This document shows, piece after piece, positions 27,500 through 42,036 of a stretch of 64,000 nucleotides of DNA; the first letter of the stretch is position 1, and each line of letters begins with the position of its first letter. Origin of the DNA: the human T2T-CHM13v2.0 reference genome, Homo sapiens; the NCBI RefSeq assembly GCF_009914755.1, contig NC_060936.1; one strand, written 5' to 3'. The translations under genes were made by a program, and so were the position numbers. Under the pieces are notes generated by a model, which ran no database searches, was not told the DNA's origin, and saw only the letters and a program-made list of their open reading frames with translations.

Positions 27500-29520
27500 C
27501 CTATCTTTTACAACGTGGCCACGTAAGTAACAATTCTGACCTAATACCAACTATATGGTTTAAGAGACATGGAGGATAGACCCAAAATAACATTTCTCTT
27601 ATATTAGAGTTTCCGAAGGAAAGAATAGAGAAAATATAGAATAAATAATAAAAGATAAGATAAACATATCCTTGTGATTCCAAAGGGAAAAAGAGATTGC
27701 TTAAAAGAAAGGAGAACTACCTCACATCTGAATTCTTGGCTGTGATGTAGGTTGCTAGAAAACAAAGTCTCCAAGGTGCTAAAGAAAAACTATTTAGATC
27801 TTAGAGTTCTTTGCTCAGCCAAACTATCATTCCAATGTAAGAACAAAAGAGAATTTCTCTTGCTCATATTTCTGTGAGTGGGTCAGTGCCTGCCCTACTA
27901 CCATTGTGAGGTGGAAAACAGAAAAGACCTAACAATAAGTTCAGACGTGAGTGTTCTCTGTTCCCCTTTTACCTCTCACACCACAATAAGTAGATGATTA
28001 TACTTGAAGAAGAAGAATGAGGGAAAAGCATTCCTCTAGGCATTAATACTGGATGGCCTCCTAAAGGGAATGGTAACTTAGTAGAGGGATGGCAAGGTAG
28101 GAAGCTGAGGCTGTATTTTAATATGTATATGTATGTGTATCCCAGAGACTCTCTCCCCTCAGGCATGTAGGAAATAGGGTGTAGGGTTTCACCTTCTCTT
28201 GAGATATATTTCATCTGCTGTAACTGTTATTTATTGTTGTGTAACAAAATTACCCCCAAAACCTAGTGTCTCAAAACAATAAAATTTTACTATCTCACAG
28301 TTTCTGTGGATCATAAATTTGGGTTTGGCTTTGCCGAGTGCTCTACCTGAACGCCTCTCATAGTGTTGTAATCAAGGTGTCAGCAAGAGCTGTGGGCTTA
28401 CCAGAAGACTCAGCTAGGCGAGGATATGCTTCCCAACTCCCTCACATGTTTGTTGGCAGAATTTAGTTTCTCACAGGCTACTGACCAGAGGCCTTCCTCA
28501 GTCCACTGCCATGTGGCCTCTCCATAAGGAAGCTCAGCACTTGACAAATGACTTCCATCAGATTGGGCAAGTGAGAGAGCAATAAAGGACAGAACTTAGT
28601 TTTTAAATAATCAAATTCTGAGAATATTCCATGCCATATTCTCACTAGAAACAAGTTGCTAGGTCTAGCCCACACTCAAGGAGAGGAGATTACACAAATG
28701 TGAGAATACTGGAGGCAGATGTCAATCACTGGCAGCCATCTTACAGTCTGCCTGCCACACTTGCTATTGTAAGCTTCTACCCCTAGGAAAATATAAGCAT
28801 ACAGAGAAAATAAGAAGAATCTGAGGAGTTCAACAGAAGAGAAAGCCAACAAACCAAAGAGCTTATATCACAAGAAAAACAATGGATCAGAGAGAACGAG
28901 GATGTAAAATAAGCTTAGTATCTTTAAACAACTAAGAGCAGACATTGGTAAATATGAAGCAGAAAACAAACATTTATAAAAATAACCAATTGGTTTTGAA
29001 AAATGTGAGAGTTGAAAGAATCCCATATGTGGGATTTATATCAAAATGGATACAGCTCAAAATGAATGCATAGGTTTAAAGAATTGATGGACATAACTAT
29101 CCAAATGGCATTATGGAATGACAGAAATGGAAAATATAAGAGAAGACTTGAGAGATTAAGAAAGTATTCATACTTGAATAATAGGAATCACAGAAGGAAA
29201 ACTGTATAAATAGAAGGGAATAAGTATTTGAAGAAACAATGAGTAAGAATTTCCCTGAATTGTTTCTAAAAATGTAACTCAAATGTTTCCTCAGTCCTCC
29301 TAGTGAGTCCATAAAACATTTAGAACTCTGTAATTAACTGAAACTAGCTAAAGAGAATTTTGTTCTTAGTAACAAATGCTGGATAACATTATGATAATTG
29401 CCAGTAGAATACAAGAGAATATATAACTTTAAGATTAGCATAAGAAGAGTTAATCTACCCAATGGAAGGCAGAAAAGGAGAAAAGGATTGAAAATAGAAA
29501 ACACAAAATAAGATAGAATG
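27500..29520 (+). mobile_element. Old L1M fragments interrupted by MLT1
   Basis: Degenerate L1 ORF1-like A-rich sequence (gtatttgaagaaacaatgagtaagaatttccctgaattg). Confidence 0.5.
28220..28760 (-). mobile_element. MLT1F/G-like MaLR LTR
   Basis: tgtgtaacaaaattacccccaaaacctagtgtctcaaaacaa...tctgcctgccaca. Confidence 0.75.
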
Positions 29521-30065
29521 TTGTCATGGTTATCTGTTGCTGAGTAGCAAACTACCCCCAAAACTTAGTGACTTAAAACAACCATTTATTATCTCACAGT
29601 TTTGTGGGTCAGAGATTTGGGCAAGACCCCCTGGATGATGCCTTTATTCAACATAGTATTAAATGGGGTCACTACCTGGTATTTAATAGTAGAAAGGTTG
29701 GTCTGCATCACACAAGACAGCTTCACTCACATGCCTGGTGCCTTGGCAGAGATGGCTACAAGATTAGACCCAACTGGGGCTGTCAACTGGAATGCCTACC
29801 TGTGGCCTCCCCAGCATTGCCATTTCAGGGTAGGTAAACTTCTTACATACATGGTATTTCAGGACTCCCACAGAGGACAATCTAAGGCAGTAGAAAATGC
29901 CAGTTTCTTAAGGCCTGGGTTCTGAAACAAGCACAGTGTCAATTCTGCCATATTCTATTAGCCAAATATCTCACAGAGCCCACCCAGAACTGAGGTAAGG
30001 AACTTGCATCTACCTCTTCGTGGGAGGAGTGTCCATGAATTTTTGTCCACTTTTGATCTGCCACA
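29521..30065 (-). mobile_element. MLT1H-like MaLR LTR
   Basis: tgtcatggttatctgttgctgagtagcaaactacccccaaaacttagtgacttaaaacaaccatttattatctcacag. Confidence 0.78.
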
Positions 30066-31385
30066 CATGAGTTAAGACACAATATTGATTAAGGAAGACA
30101 GAAGGTCTGTATTACAAAAACTTCCACGGCATATGTATGTTTCAGTAGTACACATATGTCCAAGGCCACATATTAGACACACTAGGGTGGAAGCCTATAA
30201 ATACGAAGGAAAAATATTGACGTTAGAGGACACATAAGAAAATAATATAAAGCTAGAGGGGCTTGTATATAACAGGTATAATGTATGCTATGGATTTCAG
30301 AGCGTTCATGTGGAGGGAAATAAAAAAATAAGAAAAAAATGCATGGCAATTCCTTTCTTAAATCAGTTACAGGACTATATCTTTGAACTGTGTGACTCTA
30401 GCACTCATTAATTTAATTGCATTTAAAATTATGTTCTTTTATAAATTTATTTATATACTTAAATTTGTTGTTATGAGGTTTTTCCTTGGCATCTTTGAAG
30501 ACAATGTGATCTCTCTTATCATATTCATTTTTCCTTTTGAAAATTTGAGTTATTTAGAAGACAGAGGAAGTGTGGGGGATGTATATGTACATGTACATGA
30601 ATGTGTGTTTAGTGTGTGTGAGAGCTGGGGCAGTATTTATTATTTCTTCCTCCTTAATTGTAGACTTGGCATAAAAATCTGCCACGGCTTCTTCAGGGTG
30701 AGGCTCTACCAGCTGTTGAAAGACAAGAAAATCCTCCTATTTCTAATTTGATTTTCACATAATGTTTTGGCATTTGGCTACTAAATTCAACTCTTCTCAC
30801 TTCCCTAGCTCCAAAGAAATAACTCTGGTATTTCAAAAATAAATTTTAAGGCTCCAAATGTTAAATGTGAACAAGTTTATCAAACAGGAAACATTAATTT
30901 CTATTGTTTGGATGTTGTTCATATCTAAGAAAAAAATCATAACTATATAGACCATCTTTAAGTATTTTAAATTTAAAAATGAACAACACAGTAAGTGAAT
31001 ATCTGAATAGAATTTGTTCATCAATAATTTATCAGTTATTTCCGGGTCAGTCCCGTAAACACTTGAAAATAAGGGAAATGAGATTGCTCAGAGTCAAGCA
31101 GTTAGAAACACATCAGGGGAATATGAAAAGACACTGCAAAGAAGAAAAAATGACATACATCTGCAAAATTTGACAATTATTAGACTAAAGATGTTAACAT
31201 AGTAAAAAGACATGTCAGCTGGGAGTTGGTCAGGTGCAAAAGCATAGAAAAAGGAGGCTCTCAAAGGCACACATTAGCACATAATGAGAGAGAAACACCA
31301 AAAAATAATGATGAATAGGATGTATTTAACACATGTATACTTGACTACTAAAATCTATGACATACAGTTTAAAAATCTTAATCAT

Positions 31386-31706
<321 letters not shown>

Positions 31707-32314
31707 TTACGACAAAAATCATGAAATCATTTGTGTTTAGAGTTAGGAAGAACTTCAAGGGCATCTCGTCTGCCTTCTCCTTCATACATCATAATAATTT
31801 CTTTTCAGAAGTATCCAAACTATTTTTGAGCACCTTCAATTTTTGCCTCATAAGTTAACCATTCCCCTCGGGATCCAAAGTACCAATGTGCCATTGATTC
31901 TGTTAGTTACTTCTGGCCCACTGTAAAAGTAGCACACACAAAACCAACATTTATTTACTAGTTAGATGAATTGTTTTCTAAAATAAATGGGGAAATGGTT
32001 CCTGTAAATAAATATTGAAAATGGGGATTATTTGCAGACGCTAATCTAGAATTCTGGATTTGGATGGCACCTCGGGGAGAATGGATGCATTCTCTACCAC
32101 TGGCTCTAGATTCTTTAGGGCTTCTTTCCCTGGGCTAATAGTGGTGGCAGTTACTTCAGACTGAGTATAGGAAGGCACTGGTGTTGATGAAAAGTGAAGG
32201 ATTTATCACATCATAAAAGATTATATCAGCCTACTTATCATTTGTTTGCCATTACCTTTGTGAGAAACATGGTGCTACTTGTTTTTCGTAACCATCTCAT
32301 CCAGTTTCTATAAG

Positions 32315-32427
32315 GTGCCTTGGAGATATCTCAATTTTACAATTAGACAGCCTTGGAGATGTCGAGGAACTTGTCCATATTTATCATATGGAGCTTGAAT
32401 TTCAACACAGTTCTACTGTTTCCAAAC
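32315..32427 (+). pseudogene. Candidate pseudo-exon CLGDISILQLDSLGDVEELVHIYHMELEFQHSSTVSK
   Basis: Lies in a ~100-codon stop-free frame (32292-32588); boundaries uncertain. Confidence 0.3.
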
Positions 32428-33073
32428 GTCAGGGAACGCATTGGTTCCCATGTCAACATTCTCTTACCCAGGCTCCTATCACCAATGCTTGCCTCTCCCC
32501 TTATTCTCCACCTGCATGCCTTCCCTGCCTCCACAATCTCCTGCCTCTTTTCTTCTTATTAGGTCAATTACAATTCATGTTAGTTTTTTAAAGTCATGCA
32601 TTCATTGCATATCCACTGTAAGAAAAAAATTCGTAAATACAGAGAAACAAAAAAGTGCCCAATAAAGTAAAACAAAGAGAAATGCTTGAATCATAATTCT
32701 ACTACCCAGAAATAGCTATTATTGGCATTTGTAATATTGATACAACATTGAGTTGCTCCTGTTTTACTGAACATATAAGTAAGTGATATTATATTATAAA
32801 ACTGCTTTATATCTTGCATTTTATCATCTTTCCATTTCTGTAAGCAGGCATCTTCATTATTATGCATATTTGGATTTTTAAAAGCTGTTATATTAATTGA
32901 CTTTTATATCAAGTGCCCCTTAATTTACTACTTTTAAAAATTATTTATTTCTGAGTATAGAATATTTACTCATTATAAAAAATAATTAATTATAATAAAT
33001 ATAACATATCACAAGGAAAGTCTTGCTTTCAGTTTGGTGAATATAAATCTAATTCTTTATTCACTTCTTTCAG

Positions 33074-33222
33074 GTGAAAGAGAAAACACAGCTTGGTGAT
33101 AACTATGCAAAGATATGAGGCAGAAGGATATAAAAAAAACTTGGAGAATATGCCAGTATCCAGAATTCGCTTAATTTTTATTCCAGCACAAAAAACAGAA
33201 GACTGGGAATTTTTGTTGGAGG
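33074..33222 (+). pseudogene. Candidate pseudo-exon ...SLVITMQRYEAEGYKKNLENMPVSRIRLIFIPAQKTEDWEFLLE
   Basis: Strong acceptor ctttattcacttctttcag| and donor G|gtaatg; 48 open codons after an initial TGA. Confidence 0.45.
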
Positions 33223-34068
33223 GTAATGGGGAAGTGAAAATTCTGCTTTATTATAGATCTTATGATTGCATTGATAGAATTTATCATTTTTTTTTTACCA
33301 CTTATCTACCAAAAATGATGGGACATTTCTTAAAACAACTTAGCATGCCTTTAACTTATCTTCATATCCTCTTTATGTAGTATATTTGGGAATAAATAAA
33401 TAACAGTAGTAATTAATATTAATATATAGCCATTTTCTTTCCTAAAAATAAAACAATGAACACAAATATCACACAGTAAAAAAGATCTGACTTCCAAGAA
33501 TGAAAATTTAAAAAAAGAGAGAGACACAAATACACATTCAAACACAGGGAAGAGCAAGCAACATGAGAATAATGCTTCAAAATATTCCTTCCCTAAGAAA
33601 CACATATTCTCCAGAGAGAAGAAAAACAGTTCAAATGAGAAATATTTTAAATCAAGCTATGCAAGAAGTCAGTGTTCTGATATTTAACAAGTCTACACAG
33701 GACCCAGACTGAATTGGTTGACTTAGGCAGTCCTTTATTATCTTTAAGATTTAAAAAAATTGAAAAATATCTAAATGAATGCTTTATTGCACCTCTTATT
33801 AAATGCAAAGCAATCTTTTCAGAGCTTTGAGTTTAACATAATCAAATAAGTTATTAACATTTTGTTTCATGTTTGATGAAACCAAAATAGTACAACATCA
33901 ACATTAATGAGAGCATTCTCCTTAGCAGATAAGTTCAGGCGTATTATTTACTATGTATCAAGCTGTTTATCCATAACAAACATTTATCTGCTTATTTAGC
34001 TCATTAAGAAAAATATAATTTGATTTTTATCCTGCATACATTAAGATTGTTTCTCCCACTTATTTCAG

Positions 34069-34270
34069 ATGATGAAAGATGTCTACTGGCTGGATGAACA
34101 AGATGAATCTTCCATATTTATGCTTTATAGTTACAGTTTTATGATTAGAGAAAGAAAAAGAAACTCAAATAGACCCAAAACACTAGATCTTGCAGAACCC
34201 AAAGGGGAAACAGCAGAACTCTTCAAAGCCAGGAACAGAAAAATTTTAGAACAAAATGCTAAAATAAATT
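34069..34270 (+). pseudogene. Candidate pseudo-exon MMKDVYWLDEQDESSIFMLY...LEQNAKIN
   Basis: Acceptor ttctcccacttatttcag| and donor |gtaagg; 67 open codons in AT-rich DNA. Confidence 0.45.
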
Positions 34271-35109
34271 GTAAGGAATTTAAAAAGTATAGTAAATATT
34301 TACAAATTATTCCTAAAACAGTGCTTTTTTGCTGGTAAGGAGAGAAAATTACATTTAGCAATTTTTTATTCCTCCTGTCTCTGATCTACATGACTACACA
34401 TACCAAAGATACCCTCAGCTTGCAAAATACCTTTTATGAATAGTTCTGCTTAAAATATTACTTCAAGTTGTACAAAATACATTTTTAAATTTGGAATACA
34501 CAGTATTCTATGGAACAATGCTGTCATTAAATACTCTGAGAAAAAAAGGATTGCATGGTCAATTTTTCAGAAAATGCTACATATATTTTACTCTTGGAGA
34601 TTTACAATTGGATTTTTCTTATTAAGATTTCAATAAATCTGGCAGCAAAGATTCCCATAAATCTGGCAGTAAAGACTTTGTATAGCCTAATATTTTTCAA
34701 ATTTATTTAAACAGGAAGCCCTTTTTAAATTTAACATCTTGTGGAACAACTGTTTAAGGAAAAAATAATATATTTGAGAAAATGCTACTGTAGATCCATA
34801 ATATTTACATTGGTTACAACTCTAGACCTTTGAGAATTCCCAAATTTATAAAATCCAGAAGTTAAACTAAGAAACAGATGTTTGGAGATTAGCTAGGCTA
34901 GCTAAGTTACTTGCTTTATCAAAACCAACATCACAACCCATAAGATTCATTCGTGCTAGATGCCCTCATTATAATATTTTTATTTCTACAGATGTTTATA
35001 TCTCAGAGCATATGGCAGCAATATCTTTGTTCTCATTTTAATTGACTATTACTGATTTTTTATGGTCACTGATGAGTAGTTGAAACACAAATGATAAATC
35101 TACAATGGT

Positions 35110-35320
35110 TAAAAATTCAAGATATAGTACAGTGTCTAAATAGCTGTATGACCTAGTTATTTAACATCTCCGCGCCTCAGTTTCCACATCTACAATTTGG
35201 GATAATGGTAGCTCCTACCTTGTAGAGTTTTTATGATATTTAAATGGATGGATGCTTGTTAAGTTCTTGGAACTGTCCCTGTCATATAGTAAGCACTACT
35301 TAAGGGTTGCTAAATTAAAT
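35110..35320 (+). mobile_element. MIR SINE
   Basis: gcctcagtttccacatctacaatttgggataatggtag. Confidence 0.75.
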
Positions 35321-35749
35321 ATACAATGTTTTCTCCATCAGTCTTATACCATAACATAGATATCATAGATTTGGATTTTGTTAACTGTGAATAGCCATCT
35401 TCTCTCCCCATGTGTTGTACGAAGACAGAGGAAGAGAAAGAGAAAGAATACTTATCCTGCCTACTATAGCAAACACATCAATTGCTCCACATCCACAAAT
35501 TTGAGAGAGTTTTTTATTTTCGACATTCATTAAATTTGGTTTGTTTGTTTAAATGAAGGTTATCTTAGGACCACATACATCAGAAAGTAAAGTTGGAATT
35601 CCTAGGTGCCATTTAGATGACTGGAATCAGAATCTGAACCTACGAGGGTGTTATTCAGAAATGTCTGCTTCTTCCAGCCTGTTCAGGTTCACACCATCAG
35701 TTTTCCCAAGTAACACAAATCTGAAAACAAGTGGCTTAATTAAGGAACC

Positions 35750-36170
35750 TTTCCCTCCAGTCATGAGAGGTCTCAGATGGACAGTGTAGGCTGGCAGGCG
35801 GAACTACTCCATGTTATCTCAGGGCTGCAGGCTCCTTGCGTCTTTCTGCTCAGCCCTTCTGAGAGTGTGCTTGTTGCTATATGGTCACAGGGCATTGTTC
35901 TTCCTCTGGGCATCGTGTTTATATCACAGGCAGGAAGAACAGAAGGCCAAAGTGCAAAGGGCAAAAGATTCAGTCCAGGTGAGCCTCCTCCTATTGTAAG
36001 GAGTTTGCCAGGAAGCCTCACTATACAACTACCAATTATAATTCATTAACCAAGCCTGGGGCACATTGCCACTGTTCACCCTTATCTGTAAGGAAGGACA
36101 GGAAATGCCATCTTGTAGCTGGGCACATTTTTATGCCCAACAAAACTGGAATAGGCTCTTTGGCATACTC
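35750..36170 (-). mobile_element. Old MLT1-family LTR
   Basis: Degenerate MLT1J/K/L-like motifs. Confidence 0.5.
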
Positions 36171-38389
36171 TGTATTTCACGTTTTAAGAAACTTTGCTTG
36201 CTCAAGCCTCCACTCCTTTATCTGTACAGTTCACTTGGACAAGACTGCCTTTTCCAACTTAACTATTTCACATGCTTCTATTCCTTCCACATTCAGTACA
36301 AGTTATTTACTCTTCTGAGAAGCATTCCTATCTGACCCTGGGCAGACTCAATCCCCTTCCCTTATTTCATATTTGCATTACTCTATTATAGCATTATCAT
36401 ATGTATAACTCAGTAGACAGATCACTTTGAAGGCCAAGATAGATGGTTTAAGTCTAGAGGCCAACTACAGCAGTGGACTCAGTCATTGCTTAATAAATGT
36501 TTATGGAATGAATGAATGAACAAATGAATATGTAAAAATTAGAATGAACAACTAAGCATATAAATGAAAAGCAGAATCATTAATCTTTTGGATAATCTTT
36601 TGGATAAAATAGTTATCCAAAAGAAAACTACGAGACTTAGACTCTGCTATTCATTTCTAATCATCATTCAGAGAAATATCTGCCATAGATTTGGGAAACT
36701 GTTATATTATGAAATTAAATGAAAGTAAGGAGGAAGATAGTATAGAAAATACTTGGTATACAAAAGTATGTGAGTTCCTCTGATTGAGGACCCATATTTA
36801 TTATTTCTGTTGCTTTACCCATGAAAGGCTTGGTTCAAAGCAGCTTTCTAACAAATACTGAATGAATATTGTATTAAAAAGAAAAGAGAGAATATGAAAG
36901 AATTAGCAGGCTGTCTTTATCTGGTGAAATTCCAAGCAGTATACTATTAATGTCATGGTTGTGAGTAAATAATTTTAGGGTATAATAGATAAGTAATTAA
37001 CAGTAGTAATAATTATTGCTCAGAATGATGCTATGTATGAAGCTGGCATTTTTAACTTCTTTTAAGATATGTGGGGTATCTGCAATGATCGTTGATGCTT
37101 AAGCTTTGCATTTTTATAGCCATACATATATGACTGTATAATTGTAAGAAATAATTTTATAATTACATACTATTAGGATCTAATTATGAAAACCAATGCC
37201 TTCACTCAGGAGTATATTTTGTGAGAAATTTTTTCCATCAATGAAAAAGAAGAGGTATTCCATTGACTTTGTGTATAATCAAGATATTTATTTTTTAAAT
37301 ATAATTAAATTGATGGTATTAATTTGCTTTGTTAAATCTGGTTTAGGGCAGGAGAATGCTGGGACTCGGTCTCCTTGTAAGACAATTGTAATGAAAGGCT
37401 GGCTTTATGTGCAGGGAGGTTACGTTCTCTTTAAACACTTCTAGGCCCCAGACCTGGAGACTCCAGCTCCTAGAGTGCCTAGTCCACTGCTAAAACCAGG
37501 AAGAAGGAGTATAGATAGAGGAAAAAAAGCTTACTTTATTTTTCTCCTGTTCAGAGGTAAATAGGGAAAAGAAAATGGAAGTCAGAAGTAGAAAATCAAG
37601 GCTTCCTTTCTTTCTTGAATAGAAATTTTTAAAAAAGGCAGGTCCTAGAATTTGAGGGAAACAGCAAGGTGGAGTGCCTTTCACTGTAACCTACGTAGGT
37701 ATACTAGAACAGAGCCAACTTGTGATGGCCTCACAGTGACATGGGATGGTGGCCCCCACTTTCCTGAGGTTTAAAACTTCTGACCCACCATGTATGACCA
37801 TGTATCACAAGTTCCATGGATCACAGACACTGAATCAAGGACCAAGGTGACCAGGCAAGAAAGGCTGATGGTAAACAGCCAGGCCAGTGAACCAAATGGA
37901 GAGCCCAGCAGACTCAATTTCCAGCATTGGCCGTGTGTCTTCACAGGGCCAAGAGGACCACGGAAGGAGACAAAGGAAGAGGCAGAGAATATCACACCCA
38001 AGGACTGCTATTTTATACCACCTATAAACCCCTCACCTCCCATCTCCTCTTTTAAGAGGACATTAGCTAATGAAGTATATCAGGTAACCAATCAAGAGAC
38101 AGAACACCCATTCAGTGCACTGTTTACATTTTTAAATCACATTAAGTACACCAGTTTGAATCCTTAATCCCCCTCCCTGAATTAATCAACAAGAGGGCTT
38201 CAGGAGGAATATTATTCATGGCCTCTGAAGATCTATATTGTAGTGGGAATTACATTTGCATTACATTTGAATTAAATTCACCATCCCCTCCACCCTAAAC
38301 ATGCAGGTTTATGTAAGGCATTACATTCGAGCTTAAAGATAGAAACATATAAAAGCACAGGGAACAACACCAGATTTACATTTTACCAG

Positions 38390-38482
38390 GAATAATCCTG
38401 GTCAGAAAATTTTTGTATATGAATCCATTATGCATAAGAAAGCAAACTCTGTGGCCATCTGAGAATGATTCTGCTGAATTGG
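38390..38482 (+). pseudogene. Candidate pseudo-exon (93 bp, symmetric)
   Basis: acattttaccag| ... TGG|gtagac; one fully open frame. Confidence 0.3.
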
Positions 38483-38665
38483 GTAGACTTTGAAGACTGA
38501 GAACAGTAATAATACCTCACATCTTGGAATGTATTTGTTTCACTTAGTAGGGAGAGAATACCATTACTTTAGGTTTTACAGGGTAGATACTTGTGAAATG
38601 AAAATAGATGCTTGATTTTTTTTTTGGTCTTCTTTTGGTTTTTAGAAGTGGTCAAGGGCAAATTA

Positions 38666-38872
<207 letters not shown>

Positions 38873-39309
38873 TCAAAAATACCCTTATGTGAATGATATA
38901 TGACACCCCATTCTGTATCCTCAAGGAATTAACAATCTAGTTTAAGGAGAAATTGTTTAAGAAAACAAACCTGAAATCATGGTAGCAAAAGAAAACATGA
39001 ACTCAAAAGCTTAGTGGTTTGTCAAGGATTCAATGTAAGATTATTAAGAAGTTCAAAGAAGAGTTCAGTATCAGGGAAGGCTCTAAAGATTATACAGTAA
39101 CTTGATTAGGAAAAAAAATAAAAGGGCATGATGTAGATGTGGATAATCAGTACTTGCAAAAGCAAAAATAAATAAATAAAAAGGAAGGAAGGAAGGAAGA
39201 GTATTTATGGAAAATCCTGAAAATCCAGCGCTGTAGTTGGGAACAGTAGAAAATAAGAACAGGTAGGTACATGTAGATCAAGCTGGTCCTAAAGAGCCAG
39301 AAAGAAAAG

Positions 39310-39622
39310 TTTATTTATTTATTTATTTACTTTTTTTGAGACAGGGTCTCATTCTGTTGCCCAGGCTGGAGTGCAGTAGTGCAATCCTGGCTCACCACAG
39401 CTTTGACCTCCAGGGCTCAAGCAATCCTCCCGCCTCAGCCTCTCAAGTAGCTGGGACTACAAGTACGCACCACCATACCTGGCTAATTAAAAAAATTTTT
39501 TTTGTAAAGACAAGATCTCACTATACTGCCCAAGCTAGTCTTAAACTTTTGGGCTCAAGCAGTCCCCCCACCTTGGCCTCCCAACGTGCTGGGATTACAG
39601 GTGTGAGCCACTGTGCTCAGCT
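39310..39622 (-). mobile_element. Alu (AluJ-like)
   Basis: Antisense dimeric Alu with (TTTA)n tail. Confidence 0.95.
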
Positions 39623-40021
39623 GAAAATTTCATTCTTTTGGGGAGAAACATTGAAGACTCATTGTAGGTTCTTGAACAAGAGAGTAACACTCAAAATAGA
39701 GTTTTAGGTACATTTGCCTGTGTCAGGATGGAATGAAGGGAGAGGGGCAGGTGACTAGCAAGAAAGTACAGAGGGTGCAGTTGAACTCAGTGTGGGGATT
39801 GATACAGAAGCAATGAGAGAAAAAGGAGAAAAATTAAGATAATTAAAATAAGGAATTGACAGAACACAATGACAGAAAAATTGAATAGTGTAACTGTTAG
39901 CCCTGTTTCCCTAGAATCATCCAATTTATATCTGTTGTCCCAGAAGAATTATTGATAACACTCCTTTCACTTGGATGATAAATTATTTAGTCATCTTATG
40001 TGTATTGGAGAATAGTTTCAG

Positions 40022-40147
40022 CTCAGGCAGCTGTGATAATGGAACTGCCTTGAAGTGCCTCCAACAAATATAGGGAAGACAGGCATTCAGAATGAAGCAG
40101 AATTTCATTGTAGACCTGATTAGAGGGAAGAGTAGCAGGGTTTCAGT
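40022..40147 (+). pseudogene. Candidate pseudo-exon (126 bp, symmetric)
   Basis: tttcag| ... |gtaagt strong donor; best frame has one stop. Confidence 0.3.
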
Positions 40148-41419
40148 GTAAGTGCCCAACAGACGGTTGAGATAAAAGACAAACAGATGCACATTCCAGA
40201 AACTTTGATTTTGCAGTCATCTGCATCTTTTGTAAAAGCCAGTTTGTACCAAGCTCTGCATTTTGATTCTGAATATGAGGCAATGAATCAAACAAGGGCA
40301 TTGATGACATCCAGCACACTCTACCAAAGTCAATATACCATCAGAGACCCGGAGAGGAAGTGGAAGACTACCATTCAGGGGAAATTTTCAATAAAGGTCC
40401 AACTGGAGGAGTCCGAAGCTTTCTTCAGCCTAACATTCCAGCCCATTTTCCACCATTCTCCCTCATAAATGTTTGACTATGTCCAGATTAATATAGTCAC
40501 TGCCTGGTATTAATGGTGGATTCCCCCTTCTCCTTGCCCTCAAGTCTTACTGTAACCTCCCTCTACGTCTCCCTCTCCCCTTCTGAAAACCTATCCCTTG
40601 CTTCTCCCTCTGCCCATTTCCTCCTGCTACTTTAATGCCACTTAATTTCTCATTTCCCCATGAAGCCTTCTTGACCACAACAACACACATGCACTCTGTA
40701 GCCTATGACCTCATAGCATTTAATGTCTTTACTACTAATTAGATTTTAATTTAATCATACATTTGCACCATGACATCCATTTTCTGTGGTTTTATATGTT
40801 CTATAACTCCTTATTCAACCACTCGATTATTTAACTGTTAATGCACATATCTAATCTCCTCAAGGTTATATGCCCTTTGAAGGGGGGCTGCTATTTTTCT
40901 CTGTATCATATAACTCTTGACTTGGTGCTAGTCCTTATTTCTCAAAAACAAAACAAAATATTTTAATGCTTTTTATGTTGATGAGTGAATTCAAATCCTA
41001 TTACTAATGCATTTTCAGAGTATTTAACGTTTACTATGAACTATGTCAATTGTATCCTTTTTCATACTAATAAGAATCACAACAATATCAAGAAGTTCTG
41101 GTGTTTGGAGACATTTGATACAACATATAAATTCCTTCACTTGTTTGGAAGACCTTTTTTTAACTGGAAATATAATATTAGTACTTTTTATATTAAACAT
41201 CATACTTCTTGCTTAATCTGCTCTTTAATGTCATATAATACAGTGTAATGAAGTAAACAGAAAATATTCAGTTTCTAAATTTAGAGCTTATATTTCATCA
41301 AATTAACAAGGATACCAATGGATTCACATACCCAAGGTGGCAACAGCATTGAGTCAGGGTGTTATTTCCTCCCCTATTCTTTGTGAACGTATTGATGGTG
41401 CTTATCACTTAATCAACAG

Positions 41420-41583
41420 ACAAATGCAAGATCTTTTGTCTGTCCCCCAAGTCTACTGCTGCTACAACTGAAGTTACCACTAGCAGCCTCATAAGTTGTT
41501 ACACAAAACGGCACCTCTCTGTAATAATACAGGAAGTGTGAAAAAGGATTGCTACCAGCTTTACAGAGAAATTCTGCTTTAAG
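41420..41583 (+). pseudogene. Candidate pseudo-exon ...SCYTKRHLSVIIQEV*KRIATSFTEKFCFK
   Basis: aatcaacag| ... AAG|gtgaac; 54 codons with a single TGA; phase 1->0. Confidence 0.5.
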
Positions 41584-42036
41584 GTGAACGTTTATAATGA
41601 ATGGAATGGCAGGATTTGGACCACAATATATCTGACACATATGTGATTTAGAAATTTATTACAAAGGATTCCATTGAATTTTCAAAGGGACTTCTCAAAT
41701 TCTGAATGTAGGTGTTTCTTGCATGATCTGTTTAATCTAAGCTTCAGAATATAGACGGTCATGGGAGTCAGCCAGTGCAGATAAATCAAGAAATTAAACT
41801 TCATAAGCTTCATCAATAGCAGCTTCTATAGAAGGTGTAATTTACTGAACATCCATCCATCTTTACCTCCAGAAACATGAGTAATGTCCTTGTGTTTTTA
41901 ATTTGCACTTAGTCTATATGTTAAAAAGCTGGTGTAAGTAGCTAGAAATTAAATGAGCAGACATGTATGCTTTAAATTCAAATAGTGGCATGGGAAAATA
42001 TTTTTACTGTAATAAATGCATCTCTGATGTCTGCAG

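Noticed and set aside
32343-32534. Minus-strand ORF with FGNSRT, reminiscent of the myosin motor FGNAKT motif
   Set aside because: No following NSSRFGK motif and no supporting exons; coincidental
33074-33222. Weak likeness of this exon to the GREB1 C-terminus
   Set aside because: Only a few matching residues, and inconsistent with the ordered HECT-type motifs downstream
37790-38167. 125 aa ATG-initiated ORF
   Set aside because: No recognisable domain or promoter context; possibly old LTR-derived sequence
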